Source: Planctomycetota bacterium (GTDB lineage: Bacteria; Planctomycetota; UBA11346). Taken from it: a stretch of DNA of 64,000 nucleotides. The notes under the pieces are model-generated. The model ran no database searches, was not told where the DNA came from, and saw only the letters and a list, made by a program, of their open reading frames with translations. Shown piece after piece: positions 9,768-18,152 of the stretch (within the stretch, counting starts at the first letter, position 1; the number at the start of each line of letters is the position of its first letter). The position numbers were made by a program, and so were the translations under genes. The stretch lies in NCBI GenBank assembly GCA_044338255.1, contig JBIILZ010000002.1, forward strand, positions 23,043-87,042, in the 5' to 3' direction.

Positions 9768-10937
9768 GTGCCCACCTGCGATGTTGTGATTCTCGGCGCC
9801 GGTGGCGCCGGTCTGTTCTGCGCGGCGGTGGCCGCCGCCCGCGGGCGGTCGGTGGTGGTCATCGACCACAACGACAAACCCGGGAAGAAGATCCTCATCA
9901 GCGGCGGCGGGCGCTGCAATTTCACCAATCGCGGTGCCAGCCCGGCCAATTACCGTTCACGCAATCCGCATTTCTGCGTCTCGGCCCTCAAGCGCTATAC
10001 GCCGCAGGATTTTATCGCCCTCGTCGATAGCCACGGCATCGCCTGGCATGAGAAGAAGCTCGGGCAGCTGTTCTGCGACGGCTCGGCCAAGGAGCTCTTG
10101 GCGATGCTGCTCAGCGAGTGCGCCAACAGCGGTGCCGAGCTGCATCTCGGCACCACCATCGAGTCGGTGAACACCACCGCCGACGGCTTCGCAGTGGCCA
10201 CCAGTCGCGGGCTTTATACCTGCAGCAAACTCGTGCTGGCCACCGGCGGGTTGTCGATCGCCCCTATCGGCGCCACCGATTTCGGCTATCGCCTGGCACG
10301 CCAGTTCGGCCTGAAAATGATCGAGACGATGCCGGCGCTGGTGCCGTTCACGCTCAGCGAAGCCGATCGCCCCGACCTCGCCGGCGTCGCCGTCGATGCC
10401 GAAGTGCACTGCGGCGGAATGTCGTTCGCGGAAGCGATCCTCTTCACCCACAAGGGCCTCAGCGGGCCGGCGATCCTGCAGATCTCGACCTATTGGCAGC
10501 ACGGTCAGGCGCTGGTCATCGACCTCCTGCCGGACGGTGATCTGGGCGGCCGGATCCGCGAAGCCAAGCGCAGCGGGGCCAAGCAGACCCTGCCCAACCT
10601 GCTCGCCGAGCTGCTACCCAAGCGCCTCGCCCAGGCCTGGGTGACGCGCTACCGGATTCCCGAATCAGTGCATCAACTCAGCGAGGCCGAGATCGAACGC
10701 ATAGCCGCCACCATCCATGCCTGGATGGTGACTCCCGACGGCACCGAAGGCTACCGCACCGCCGAAGTCACCCGCGGCGGCATCGACACCGATGAACTGT
10801 CGTCGAAGACCATGGAGGCCAAGAAGGTTCCCGGGCTGCATTGCATCGGCGAGGTCGTCGACGTCACCGGCTGGCTCGGCGGATACAATTTCCAATGGGC
10901 CTGGGCCTCGGCGCATGCCGCCGCCAACGCGCTCTAA
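9768..10937 (+). CDS. HI0933/YhiN-family NAD(P)/FAD-dependent oxidoreductase
   Basis: DVVILGAGGAGLFCA...KILISGGGRCNFTN...EVTRGGIDTDEL...IGEVVDVTGWLGGYNFQWAWASA are family-diagnostic motifs. GTG start. Confidence 0.85.
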   Translation: MPTCDVVILGAGGAGLFCAAVAAARGRSVVVIDHNDKPGKKILISGGGRCNFTNRGASPANYRSRNPHFCVSALKRYTPQDFIALVDSHGIAWHEKKLGQLFCDGSAKELLAMLLSECANSGAELHLGTTIESVNTTADGFAVATSRGLYTCSKLVLATGGLSIAPIGATDFGYRLARQFGLKMIETMPALVPFTLSEADRPDLAGVAVDAEVHCGGMSFAEAILFTHKGLSGPAILQISTYWQHGQALVIDLLPDGDLGGRIREAKRSGAKQTLPNLLAELLPKRLAQAWVTRYRIPESVHQLSEAEIERIAATIHAWMVTPDGTEGYRTAEVTRGGIDTDELSSKTMEAKKVPGLHCIGEVVDVTGWLGGYNFQWAWASAHAAANAL

Positions 10938-11145
10938 CGTGTACTCTGACAGTTTCCTAAGGAGCCTGTTGGGAATAGAGGACCGTGGACGGGAAGGGAA
11001 TCGTGCGGCAGATCCAAGGCGGCAGATCCAAAGCGGCAAAGCGGGCGGATAGCAGCGTGCCGACGGCTGAGCGGCTCCTGGCTAGCCTAACGCTGATCGA
11101 CCCCTAGTCTGCGCGCCAACGCCTTCCTGCAGCTTTGGAGTCCGC

Positions 11146-11421
11146 ATGGCCGTCAATGTTCGTATCCCCTCGGTGCTGCGCACCCTGACCAACGGCAAGG
11201 AGACCATCGAGGTCACTGCCGTCACCGTCGACGAAGCCTTGGCGCAACTCGAAGCCGCTCATCCCGGAATGCGTGCCCGGCTGTGCGATGAACATGGCAA
11301 GCTGCGTCGTTTCATTAACGTCTTCGTCGGCGAAGAAGACATCCGCTTCCTCGATGGCCAGGCGACCGCCGTTAAGGATGGCGAATTGATCGACATCGTC
11401 CCCGCCATCGCCGGCGGTTGA
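11146..11421 (+). CDS. CysO/MoaD/ThiS-type sulfur-carrier protein (C-terminal GG)
   Basis: 91 aa ending AIAGG. MAVNVRIPSVLRTLTNGKETIEV...RFINVFVGEEDIRFLDG..TAVKDGELIDIVPAIAGG closely parallels the CysO-type beta-grasp carriers as I recall them. Confidence 0.8.
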   Translation: MAVNVRIPSVLRTLTNGKETIEVTAVTVDEALAQLEAAHPGMRARLCDEHGKLRRFINVFVGEEDIRFLDGQATAVKDGELIDIVPAIAGG

Positions 11422-11423
11422 AG

Positions 11424-12581
11424 ATGGCCGAGGCTGACGCCCTGGCGGCCAATGCGCTCACCGCCCTACGCCTGGATCTCACCAACCACGGCGTGCGCCT
11501 GAGCGACGATCTGCTGGCCTCCGGCTTTGCCCTGGGTCTGGCCACCGATGGACGCAGCGGCGGCGCCGAGGGCATCGATCTCATCCTGCCCGGCAACCGC
11601 TGGGTGAATGTCTCGGTGGCCGCGGGCTACGCCCAGACCTCGCCATTCCTCCTGTTGGCGACGCCTGCCGGCATGGTCCTCCGCCACCCGGCGCGCGGCG
11701 ACCTGCCGGTGGGCTTGCCGGACACCGCCCGCTTCCGTCATGCACGCACCGCCTCGGGACGCTCCTGCGGTGACATCGGGGCCATCCATGGGCCCTGGCT
11801 GGTGACCGCGCCATTCGCCGCTGATCCGACGCAGGGCCTCGATCAACCGCAGCGCTTCCTCGGCCTGCCCACCTATCGTGCGCCCGAGGCCACGCGCTGG
11901 AGCGTCGACGAGGTCGTGGCCTGCGCGCAAAAAGCCCATGCGGTGTGCGGCATCAGCCTGATCCATCTGGAAGTCGGCGAGGTCTGGTTCGAGGACGGCG
12001 GCCTGGCCGCGATCGCACCCTACATCACCGCCTTGAAACGCGCCTTGCGGGTGCTGATCTCGGTCACCGCCCTGCCGCCGGCCCGACCGGAAGCAGTGCG
12101 TGCGCTCTACAAATCCGGCTGCGATGCCCTGGCCTATCACCTCCTGGCCTGGGACGCTACCGCCGCCGCCGCTGCCGCCCCGCAACGCAATGTCCTGCTG
12201 AGCCACGACCGCGTGCTCGCCGGTCTGCGGGCAGCGGCGGCCTGCTTCCCGCGGGGCGCGGTGAGCACCGATCTGCTGGTAGGCCTGGAACCCTTGGCCA
12301 GCGCCGAGTTGGGTCTCGAAGCCCTGACCGCGCAAGGCATCGTCCCCAATCTGGCGGTCTTCCGCCCCCTTCCCGGTGCAGAAAAGACGGCACCTGCCGG
12401 GGAAATGGTCGCCACCGGTCCACTGCTGACCTTGATGGATCACCGTCGCGTGCTGATCCAGCGCCACGGCCTGTGGCACAGCCGCGTACGTGGCTTCCCG
12501 CGCACGCTAGCGGGCGTCGAGCGCTACGCACCGACCTGGCAAGACCGACTGTATTGCCGCCTCCAGCGCCTCATTCGCTGA
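11424..12581 (+). CDS. uncharacterised protein with radical-SAM-like TIM-barrel core but no CX3CX2C motif
   Basis: The start abuts or overlaps the carrier stop (TTG 11418 / ATG 11424 versus TGA 11419-11421). The C-terminal two thirds resemble a radical-SAM core (GISLIHLEVGE..., STDLLVGLEP, GIVPNLAVFRPLPGAE). Only isolated Cys residues are present and no Cys triad. Function unknown. Confidence 0.45.
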   Translation: MAEADALAANALTALRLDLTNHGVRLSDDLLASGFALGLATDGRSGGAEGIDLILPGNRWVNVSVAAGYAQTSPFLLLATPAGMVLRHPARGDLPVGLPDTARFRHARTASGRSCGDIGAIHGPWLVTAPFAADPTQGLDQPQRFLGLPTYRAPEATRWSVDEVVACAQKAHAVCGISLIHLEVGEVWFEDGGLAAIAPYITALKRALRVLISVTALPPARPEAVRALYKSGCDALAYHLLAWDATAAAAAAPQRNVLLSHDRVLAGLRAAAACFPRGAVSTDLLVGLEPLASAELGLEALTAQGIVPNLAVFRPLPGAEKTAPAGEMVATGPLLTLMDHRRVLIQRHGLWHSRVRGFPRTLAGVERYAPTWQDRLYCRLQRLIR

Positions 12582-12879
12582 AAAACGCAGATGTGGCCCA
12601 GCTGCAAGGCGCACGAGGCGATGGCATGGCAGCGCCATGTCGAGCTTCGCAGATAACATCCGTCCCACTGAAAAACGTGCTCTGAAAAGCGCAGCTGTGG
12701 CCCAGCTGCAAGGCGCACGAGGCGATGGCATGGCAGCGCCATGTCGAGATTCGTGCAACGCCGCACGCCGCAGGCGGGCCGCAGCTGCGCTTTTCAGCAC
12801 GAGGCGATGGCATGGCAGCGCCATGTCGAGCTTCGTGCAACGCAGCACGCCGCAGGCGGGCCGCAGCTGCGCTTTTCAG
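12578..12879. repeat. cluster of nested palindromic intergenic repeats (REP/BIME-like)
   Basis: A palindromic core of about 41 nt, gcacgaggcgatggcatggcagcgccatgtcgag(a/c)ttcgtgc, occurs 3 times at about 12609, 12714 and 12798. It is flanked by arm ctgaaaa(g/a)cgcag(c/a)tgtggcccagctgcaaggc and its imperfect inverse ...cgcaggcgggccgcagctgcgcttttcag. The cluster fills the gap between two convergent genes. Confidence 0.85.
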
Positions 12880-13571
12880 AGAGGGCCGCTCGGTGGGGCG
12901 ACGATGATGCGATCGAGGCTGGCGGTGCCGGGCATGGTGATGGCCAAGCGGATCACCGCCGCGACATCGCTGGCGCGACACATGCGCGTGCGCTCGAGCG
13001 CGACGCCGTCTGGCCAGATTTCGGTGTCGGTGGCACCGGGAGCGACCACCGTCACGCGCACGTTGGTGCCGCGTAATTCTTCACGCACGCAGCGCGACCA
13101 GGCCTCGAGCGCGGCCTTGCTCGCGGCATAGGCGCCGCAGCCGGTGAAGGCCGCGTCAGCAGCAACCGAACTGACATTGACGATGGTCCCGCCACGCGCT
13201 CCGCGCAGATGCGGCAAGGCCGCCTGAGTCATCAGCATCGGCACCAGGACATTCAGATGCCACAGCTCCTGGACATGTTCCGGGGTCAGGGCGCCGATGG
13301 CAGCGGTGGCGTAGATGCCGGCGTTATTGACGATGGCATCAAGACGTCCGGCTTTGGCTAGGGCCTCATCGATGACCCGGCGCGGCACATCGCCGCCAGT
13401 CAGATCGGCGGTGATGCCCCAAGCCACCCCCCCCAGTTCCTGGACCAGGGCCGCAAGGCGCTCGGTACGTCGTCCAACCAACACCAAACGGTGATCGGGG
13501 GCCAGGGCGCGTGCGGTCGCGGCGCCGATGCCGGAGGTCGCACCCGTGATTAATACCATGGGAAGATTCAT
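12876..13571 (-). CDS. short-chain dehydrogenase/reductase (SDR) family oxidoreductase
   Basis: MNLPMVLITGATSGIGAATARAL (TGxxxGxG), NNAGI, and the YAASKAA catalytic Y-x3-K. Start trimmed to ATG 13571. Confidence 0.85.
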   Translation of the reverse strand: MNLPMVLITGATSGIGAATARALAPDHRLVLVGRRTERLAALVQELGGVAWGITADLTGGDVPRRVIDEALAKAGRLDAIVNNAGIYATAAIGALTPEHVQELWHLNVLVPMLMTQAALPHLRGARGGTIVNVSSVAADAAFTGCGAYAASKAALEAWSRCVREELRGTNVRVTVVAPGATDTEIWPDGVALERTRMCRASDVAAVIRLAITMPGTASLDRIIVAPPSGPL

Positions 13572-13655
13572 GTTGCGATTAGAATAGACCATTCGCAACT
13601 GCAAGACCTCGCTACCGGCAATTGCGTTCAGACGTCGTCGATCATCCTCAGGCCC

Positions 13656-14744
13656 ATGCACTCTTCAGCTATTCCCGGCGCCAATCCCGCCGCTATTCCC
13701 GCCGCCATTCCCGTCGCCATCCTCGGCGCCACCGGCTACGCCGGCGAGATCTCCGTCCGCATCCTCCTCAACCATCCGGGCTTCCGCATGGTGCACGTGG
13801 GTAGCGATCGGGTCGCCGGCCAAGCCCTCGCCCAGGTGGTGCCCTCATTCGCCGGCGAAACCGATCTGGTGTTGGCACCGGATACCGTCGAGGCGATCCT
13901 CGCCAGTGGCGCCAAGGCAGTGATCCTCGCCAAGAAGAGCGTCGAAGTCACCAAGGTCGTGCCCTCGTTGCTAGCCGCGGGGCTGAAGCTGGTCGACATC
14001 GGTGCCGAGTTCCGGCTGCGCGATCCGGCGGCGTACAAGCACTGGCACAAGGAGGAGCACCACTGCCCCGAGCTGCTGCCGGAGGCTGTCTATGGCCTGT
14101 CGGAGATCCACACCGAGGCCATCCGCGAGGCCCGGGTGGTCGGCAATCCGGGCTGCTATGCGACCTCGATGCTGCTGCCTCTGCTGCCCTTGCTGCGCGC
14201 CGGATTGATCGAGCTCGGCGCGCCGCTGGTAGCCATCGGCTACAGCGGGATCTCGGGGGCCGGTAAGAAGTTCGTCGAGAGCAACAACAACCTCTTCTAT
14301 GCCATGGACGGCAACCTGCATTCCTACAAACCGGTCGGCCATCAGCACACCGGCGAAGTCGACCAGGAGCTGAGCGCCGTCGCCGGCACGCCGGTGCACC
14401 TCACTTTCGTGCCGCACCTCGCGCCCCTGACGCGCGGCATCCATACCACGCTTACGGTCACCCTGGCCGCCGGTGCGACCCTTGCCCAGGTCACCAGCGC
14501 CTGGCAGCAGGCCTATCACGGGCGGCCCTTCATCCGCGTCCGGTCGGGGCCGCAGCAGGTCGAGGTCGGCAATGTCGCCGGCACCAATTTCGCTGACTTC
14601 GGGGCGGCCCTCGATGGGCGCACGCTGATCATCGCCTCGGCCATCGATAACCTAGTCAAGGGCGCCAGTGGCCAGGCGATCCAGAATCTCAACCTGATGT
14701 CCGGCTATCCCGAGACCATGGGTCTGCTGGGGCGTGGTATTTAA
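13656..14744 (+). CDS. argC: N-acetyl-gamma-glutamyl-phosphate reductase
   Basis: ILGATGYAGE..., active-site GNPGCYATS, and C-terminal DNLVKGASGQAIQNLNLM. Confidence 0.92.
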   Translation: MHSSAIPGANPAAIPAAIPVAILGATGYAGEISVRILLNHPGFRMVHVGSDRVAGQALAQVVPSFAGETDLVLAPDTVEAILASGAKAVILAKKSVEVTKVVPSLLAAGLKLVDIGAEFRLRDPAAYKHWHKEEHHCPELLPEAVYGLSEIHTEAIREARVVGNPGCYATSMLLPLLPLLRAGLIELGAPLVAIGYSGISGAGKKFVESNNNLFYAMDGNLHSYKPVGHQHTGEVDQELSAVAGTPVHLTFVPHLAPLTRGIHTTLTVTLAAGATLAQVTSAWQQAYHGRPFIRVRSGPQQVEVGNVAGTNFADFGAALDGRTLIIASAIDNLVKGASGQAIQNLNLMSGYPETMGLLGRGI

Positions 14745-14825
14745 GACAATCTATTGTCTCCAGGCCACGCTTCCGCACCATCTGCAAGTCTCTCCGAGTT
14801 CACGAAGCAACGGAATACGTTCATC

Positions 14826-17060
14826 ATGCGTCTACGACTGGTACCCACGATCCTCCTGCTCTCGGCCTGGACCTGGGGGGCTGAACCATCACCGGCGCCG
14901 GTGCTGCCTGGAAAAGCCTTCGAAGTTCAACTCGCGGATGGAAAAAATCTACTGGCCCACTGGGAGACCACGCCGTGGGCGAGGATGTGGGCCGATCCAG
15001 CCCTGAAGCCGCTGCATCAACCCTTTACGGAAGCCCAGGCGGAAGCCGCCAAGCATCTCGGCGCCACCCCCACCGAGCTGCTCGCAGCAATGGCCAACGC
15101 CGCCCTGACGGTGAACTACCTGCCGGCAGCCAGTCCTGCCGCCGGTAAGCCGGTATTACCGCTGACCGTCTCCGCCGGCGCCGATTTCGGCAGCTATGCG
15201 GCGAAGCTCTTTACCTTCTTAAAGAATACCGCCGAAACCTCCAAGAAGACCCTGCCGGCGACGGTCGCCGGCGCCGACGAGGCGATCAGCGATCCCAGCC
15301 AACCGGAAGCGATCTTCGCGCGTTTCGCCACTGGCTTGGCCTTCGGCTTCCGGACCCCGCCGGTGCGTCCGCAGGCCCACCCGAACCTCAAGGATGATCT
15401 ATTCGCCCACGCCGACATCGCGCGCATTTTCGAGATGCTCGGCGCCGCCATGCCCAACGGCAGTGAACGTGATTCGATCCTGCAGGCGAAACAGCAGCTC
15501 GCCGAGATGAAGCTAAGCGAGGCCACCTACCGGATGCAGATCATCCCCGAGGGCTTCCTCGAAAAGATCGATGTCGGTGAGGTCAAGGCTATCGGCTATA
15601 AATCCGTCGACCGGGCCCTGCTCGCGCGATTGCCCGCCAACGTGCTGATGGTCGGAGCCGTGGGGTATAATAGCCTCGAGGCCTGGAACCTCGAGCGCAA
15701 GCAAATGCTCGCGAGCTGGGCGCCGCTGGTGGGCGTGGACCCAGTCGATAGCGACGACACCGAGAAGGCGATCAACGCCAAGCTCACGGAGTTCGGCCTG
15801 GAGGTATCGGTCGCCGAGCTCGCCACGACCATCACCGGGACCTCGTTCATCGCCATCACGCCGTCGATGCCTTTCCCGGCCGCGACCATCGCCATCCCGC
15901 GTTCCGCCGTCGCCGACAAACTGATCGCCCTCGGTCTCGGCAAGCTCGGTTCGCAGGTCCCCGCCGAAGGTTCCTCGATCGTCATCCCCATCCCCAATGC
16001 CCCGGTCGTCGCCACCCTGGTCTGCGACAAGTCGGTGTGGCTGGTGAGCAGCGACACGATGCTCGCCGATCAATGGCTCAGCGGCAAGGCCGACAACGGC
16101 TGGACCGCGAGCGCCGCCGGCAGCTTGGCGCTGAGCAAGGCGCCGGCGGATGCCTACCTCATCGCCGCCAGCGACACCCCTGCAGTCATGCGCCTGCTCG
16201 CGGGCTATGCCGGCATGGGCCTGACCATGGCCAAGCAACTGACCCCGGAACAACGCCAAGCCATCATCCAGGGCTTCAATATACTGGCTGCCGCCGCCTC
16301 GCCCGGCTACGCCGTCGCCGGCTCGGTCAAAGGTCGGCAGATCACGGAAGTCCGCAGTCTGACCGGGGTCGTACCGGGAGTCTTCATCATCGGCGGCATC
16401 GCCGGAACCGTCGGCTATATGCGCCAGCAAGCGCTGCACGCGCATGGCCCACACAACGGGCCTGAAGCTGCCGAAAAGATCGCCGACCCTAACCTCCCGG
16501 TAACGGTGCTGCGCCAAAACATCCTGCCCGCCCAAGAACAGTTCAAGGCTGGGCTGTATCGCGATCAGGATGGCGATGGCCTCGGCGAGTATGCCCTGCT
16601 GTCGGAGCTCAATGGCCGCCGGGATGTCGGCGAGGGGCAACGTCTGGCCTTGCTCAGCGGCCCGCTCGCACGCGGGGCCACGGTCGGCGGCTATTCCTAC
16701 ACCATCTACCTGCCCGGCGGCGCCACGCGCGTTGCCGACGACGGCAAGGCCGAGACCCGCGCCAGCGTTCCGGCCAATGCCGACGTCCAGGAAAAGACCT
16801 TTGTCGCCTATGCCTGGCCGGCCCGTACCAAGGACGGCATGATGTATGCCCTGGTCAACAACGTGGTCTACGAAACGCCATACAACGGCATGCCCCCGGC
16901 GTGGAACGCGGTCTTCGATGGCGCCGGTTTCGAAGCCAAGCCGAAGTGGGCGATGAGCGCTGGCTCCAGTACGGGATCAGGCACTGGCACTGGCACTGGC
17001 ACTGGCACTGGCACTGGCACTGGCAGCAGCACAGTCCCCGAACCCGCAAACGTTCCATAG
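14826..17060 (+). CDS. secreted hypothetical protein with DUF2950-like C-terminal region and Gly-Thr tail
   Basis: Signal peptide MRLRLVPTILLLSAWTWGAEP (start trimmed to ATG 14826). The C-terminal segment QEQFKAGLYRDQDGDGLGEYALLSEL...GYSYTIYLPGG...FVAYAWPARTKDGMMYALVNNVVYE resembles the DUF2950 pattern from memory. The tail is GSGTGTGTGTGTGTGS. Confidence 0.5.
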   Translation: MRLRLVPTILLLSAWTWGAEPSPAPVLPGKAFEVQLADGKNLLAHWETTPWARMWADPALKPLHQPFTEAQAEAAKHLGATPTELLAAMANAALTVNYLPAASPAAGKPVLPLTVSAGADFGSYAAKLFTFLKNTAETSKKTLPATVAGADEAISDPSQPEAIFARFATGLAFGFRTPPVRPQAHPNLKDDLFAHADIARIFEMLGAAMPNGSERDSILQAKQQLAEMKLSEATYRMQIIPEGFLEKIDVGEVKAIGYKSVDRALLARLPANVLMVGAVGYNSLEAWNLERKQMLASWAPLVGVDPVDSDDTEKAINAKLTEFGLEVSVAELATTITGTSFIAITPSMPFPAATIAIPRSAVADKLIALGLGKLGSQVPAEGSSIVIPIPNAPVVATLVCDKSVWLVSSDTMLADQWLSGKADNGWTASAAGSLALSKAPADAYLIAASDTPAVMRLLAGYAGMGLTMAKQLTPEQRQAIIQGFNILAAAASPGYAVAGSVKGRQITEVRSLTGVVPGVFIIGGIAGTVGYMRQQALHAHGPHNGPEAAEKIADPNLPVTVLRQNILPAQEQFKAGLYRDQDGDGLGEYALLSELNGRRDVGEGQRLALLSGPLARGATVGGYSYTIYLPGGATRVADDGKAETRASVPANADVQEKTFVAYAWPARTKDGMMYALVNNVVYETPYNGMPPAWNAVFDGAGFEAKPKWAMSAGSSTGSGTGTGTGTGTGTGTGSSTVPEPANVP
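16980..17015 (+). repeat. (GGCACT)x6 in-frame hexanucleotide microsatellite encoding (Gly-Thr)6
   Basis: Six perfect tandem copies read directly, inside the 3' end of the 14826..17060 CDS. Confidence 0.95.
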
Positions 17061-17067
17061 ATTACCC

Positions 17068-18036
17068 ATGCTCATCCGCCCACGCCGTAATCGTGTATCC
17101 GCTGGCGTGCGTGCGCTGGTCCGCGAAACCGTGCTGACTCCGGCCGACCTGGTCCTGCCGCTGTTCGTGCACCATGAGTCCGCGGATGCACCGATCGCGG
17201 CGATGCCCGGCTGTGCCCGGCAATCGATCGCCAACACCGTCGCCACCGCCCGCGTCACCTACGAACTGGGCATCCCGGCGGTGGCGCTGTTTCCGGCCTT
17301 GACCACGGCGGAGAAATCGCCGGCGGCGCATGAGAGCATCAATCCCGAAGGTCTCCTACCGCGCTGCGTGCGGGCCTTGAAAGCCGCCCTGCCGGACCTG
17401 GTGGTAATCACCGACGTGGCCCTCGATCCCTATTCCACCGATGGCCACGATGGCCTGGTGCGCGATGGCAAGATCGTCAACGACGAGAGCCTGCCGATCC
17501 TGGCGGCAATGGCTGTCGCCCAGGCCCGCGCCGGGGCCGATCTGGTGGCGCCCAGCGACATGATGGATGGACGCGTCCAGGCGATCCGCGAAGCCTTGGA
17601 TGCGGCGGGCTTCATCGAGGTCGGGATCCTCAGTTATTGCGTCAAATACGCTTCGGCTTTCTACGGCCCCTTCCGCGAGGCCCTCGATTCGGCGCCGCGT
17701 TTCGGCGACAAGAAGACCTATCAGATGGATCCAGGGAATGTCCGTGAAATCCTCCGTGAAGTCGCCCTCGACGAGGCCGAAGGCGCCGACTTCGTGATGG
17801 TCAAGCCCGGGCTGCCCTACCTTGATGTGGTGCGCGCCGTGCGCCAAGCCACCGCCCTGCCGGTGGCGGCGTATCAGGTCAGTGGCGAATTCGCGATGCT
17901 CAAGGCCGCCGCCGAAAAGGGCTGGATCGATTACGACCGCTGTCTGCTCGAAAGCCTGCTGGCCTTCAAGCGCGCCGGCTGCGATTTCATCTTCACCTAT
18001 GGGGCGATCGACGCCGCGCGCCTGTTGCGACGCTGA
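17068..18036 (+). CDS. hemB: porphobilinogen synthase (delta-aminolevulinic acid dehydratase)
   Basis: MLIRPRRNRVSAGVRALVRETVL..., PSDMMDGRV, YQVSGEFAM, and active-site Lys context VMVKPG. Confidence 0.95.
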   Translation: MLIRPRRNRVSAGVRALVRETVLTPADLVLPLFVHHESADAPIAAMPGCARQSIANTVATARVTYELGIPAVALFPALTTAEKSPAAHESINPEGLLPRCVRALKAALPDLVVITDVALDPYSTDGHDGLVRDGKIVNDESLPILAAMAVAQARAGADLVAPSDMMDGRVQAIREALDAAGFIEVGILSYCVKYASAFYGPFREALDSAPRFGDKKTYQMDPGNVREILREVALDEAEGADFVMVKPGLPYLDVVRAVRQATALPVAAYQVSGEFAMLKAAAEKGWIDYDRCLLESLLAFKRAGCDFIFTYGAIDAARLLRR

Positions 18037-18063
18037 CGTGCTTGATCGGCAGAAGATCAACGT

Positions 18064-18116
18064 CTAGGAGTCTGTCGGAGATAGGCTTGGTCGGCTGACT
18101 CCGACAGGCTCCTAGG
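18064..18116. repeat. 53-nt hairpin element, copy 1 (ctaggagYctgtcgg...ccgacaggSYcctagg family)
   Basis: Left arm ctaggagtctgtcggag, loop ataggcttggtcggctga, right arm ctccgacaggctcctagg. Lies between the hemB stop and the TamB-like start. A second copy with a similar loop is at 38814..38867. Confidence 0.8.
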
Positions 18117-18152
18117 CGGTGAGGCCGAGCCGCTTACGCTGTCCGCCTGCCC

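Noticed and set aside
10938-11145. Possible Moco or SAM-type riboswitch, or other structured leader, upstream of the CysO-like gene. It contains the direct repeat ggcggcagatccaa x2 and a half-copy of the ctaggagcctgt… element.
   Set aside because: I could not recognise any riboswitch consensus by eye. Only a CM search (Rfam) could decide, so I leave it as unannotated intergenic DNA.
12507-12981. Several 80-164-aa ORFs on both strands across 12.5-13.1 kb with recurring peptides (…MALPCHRLV…, …RGDGMAAPCR…).
   Set aside because: They arise from translating the palindromic repeat copies. The same peptide appears on both strands because the DNA is self-complementary, so they are not genes.
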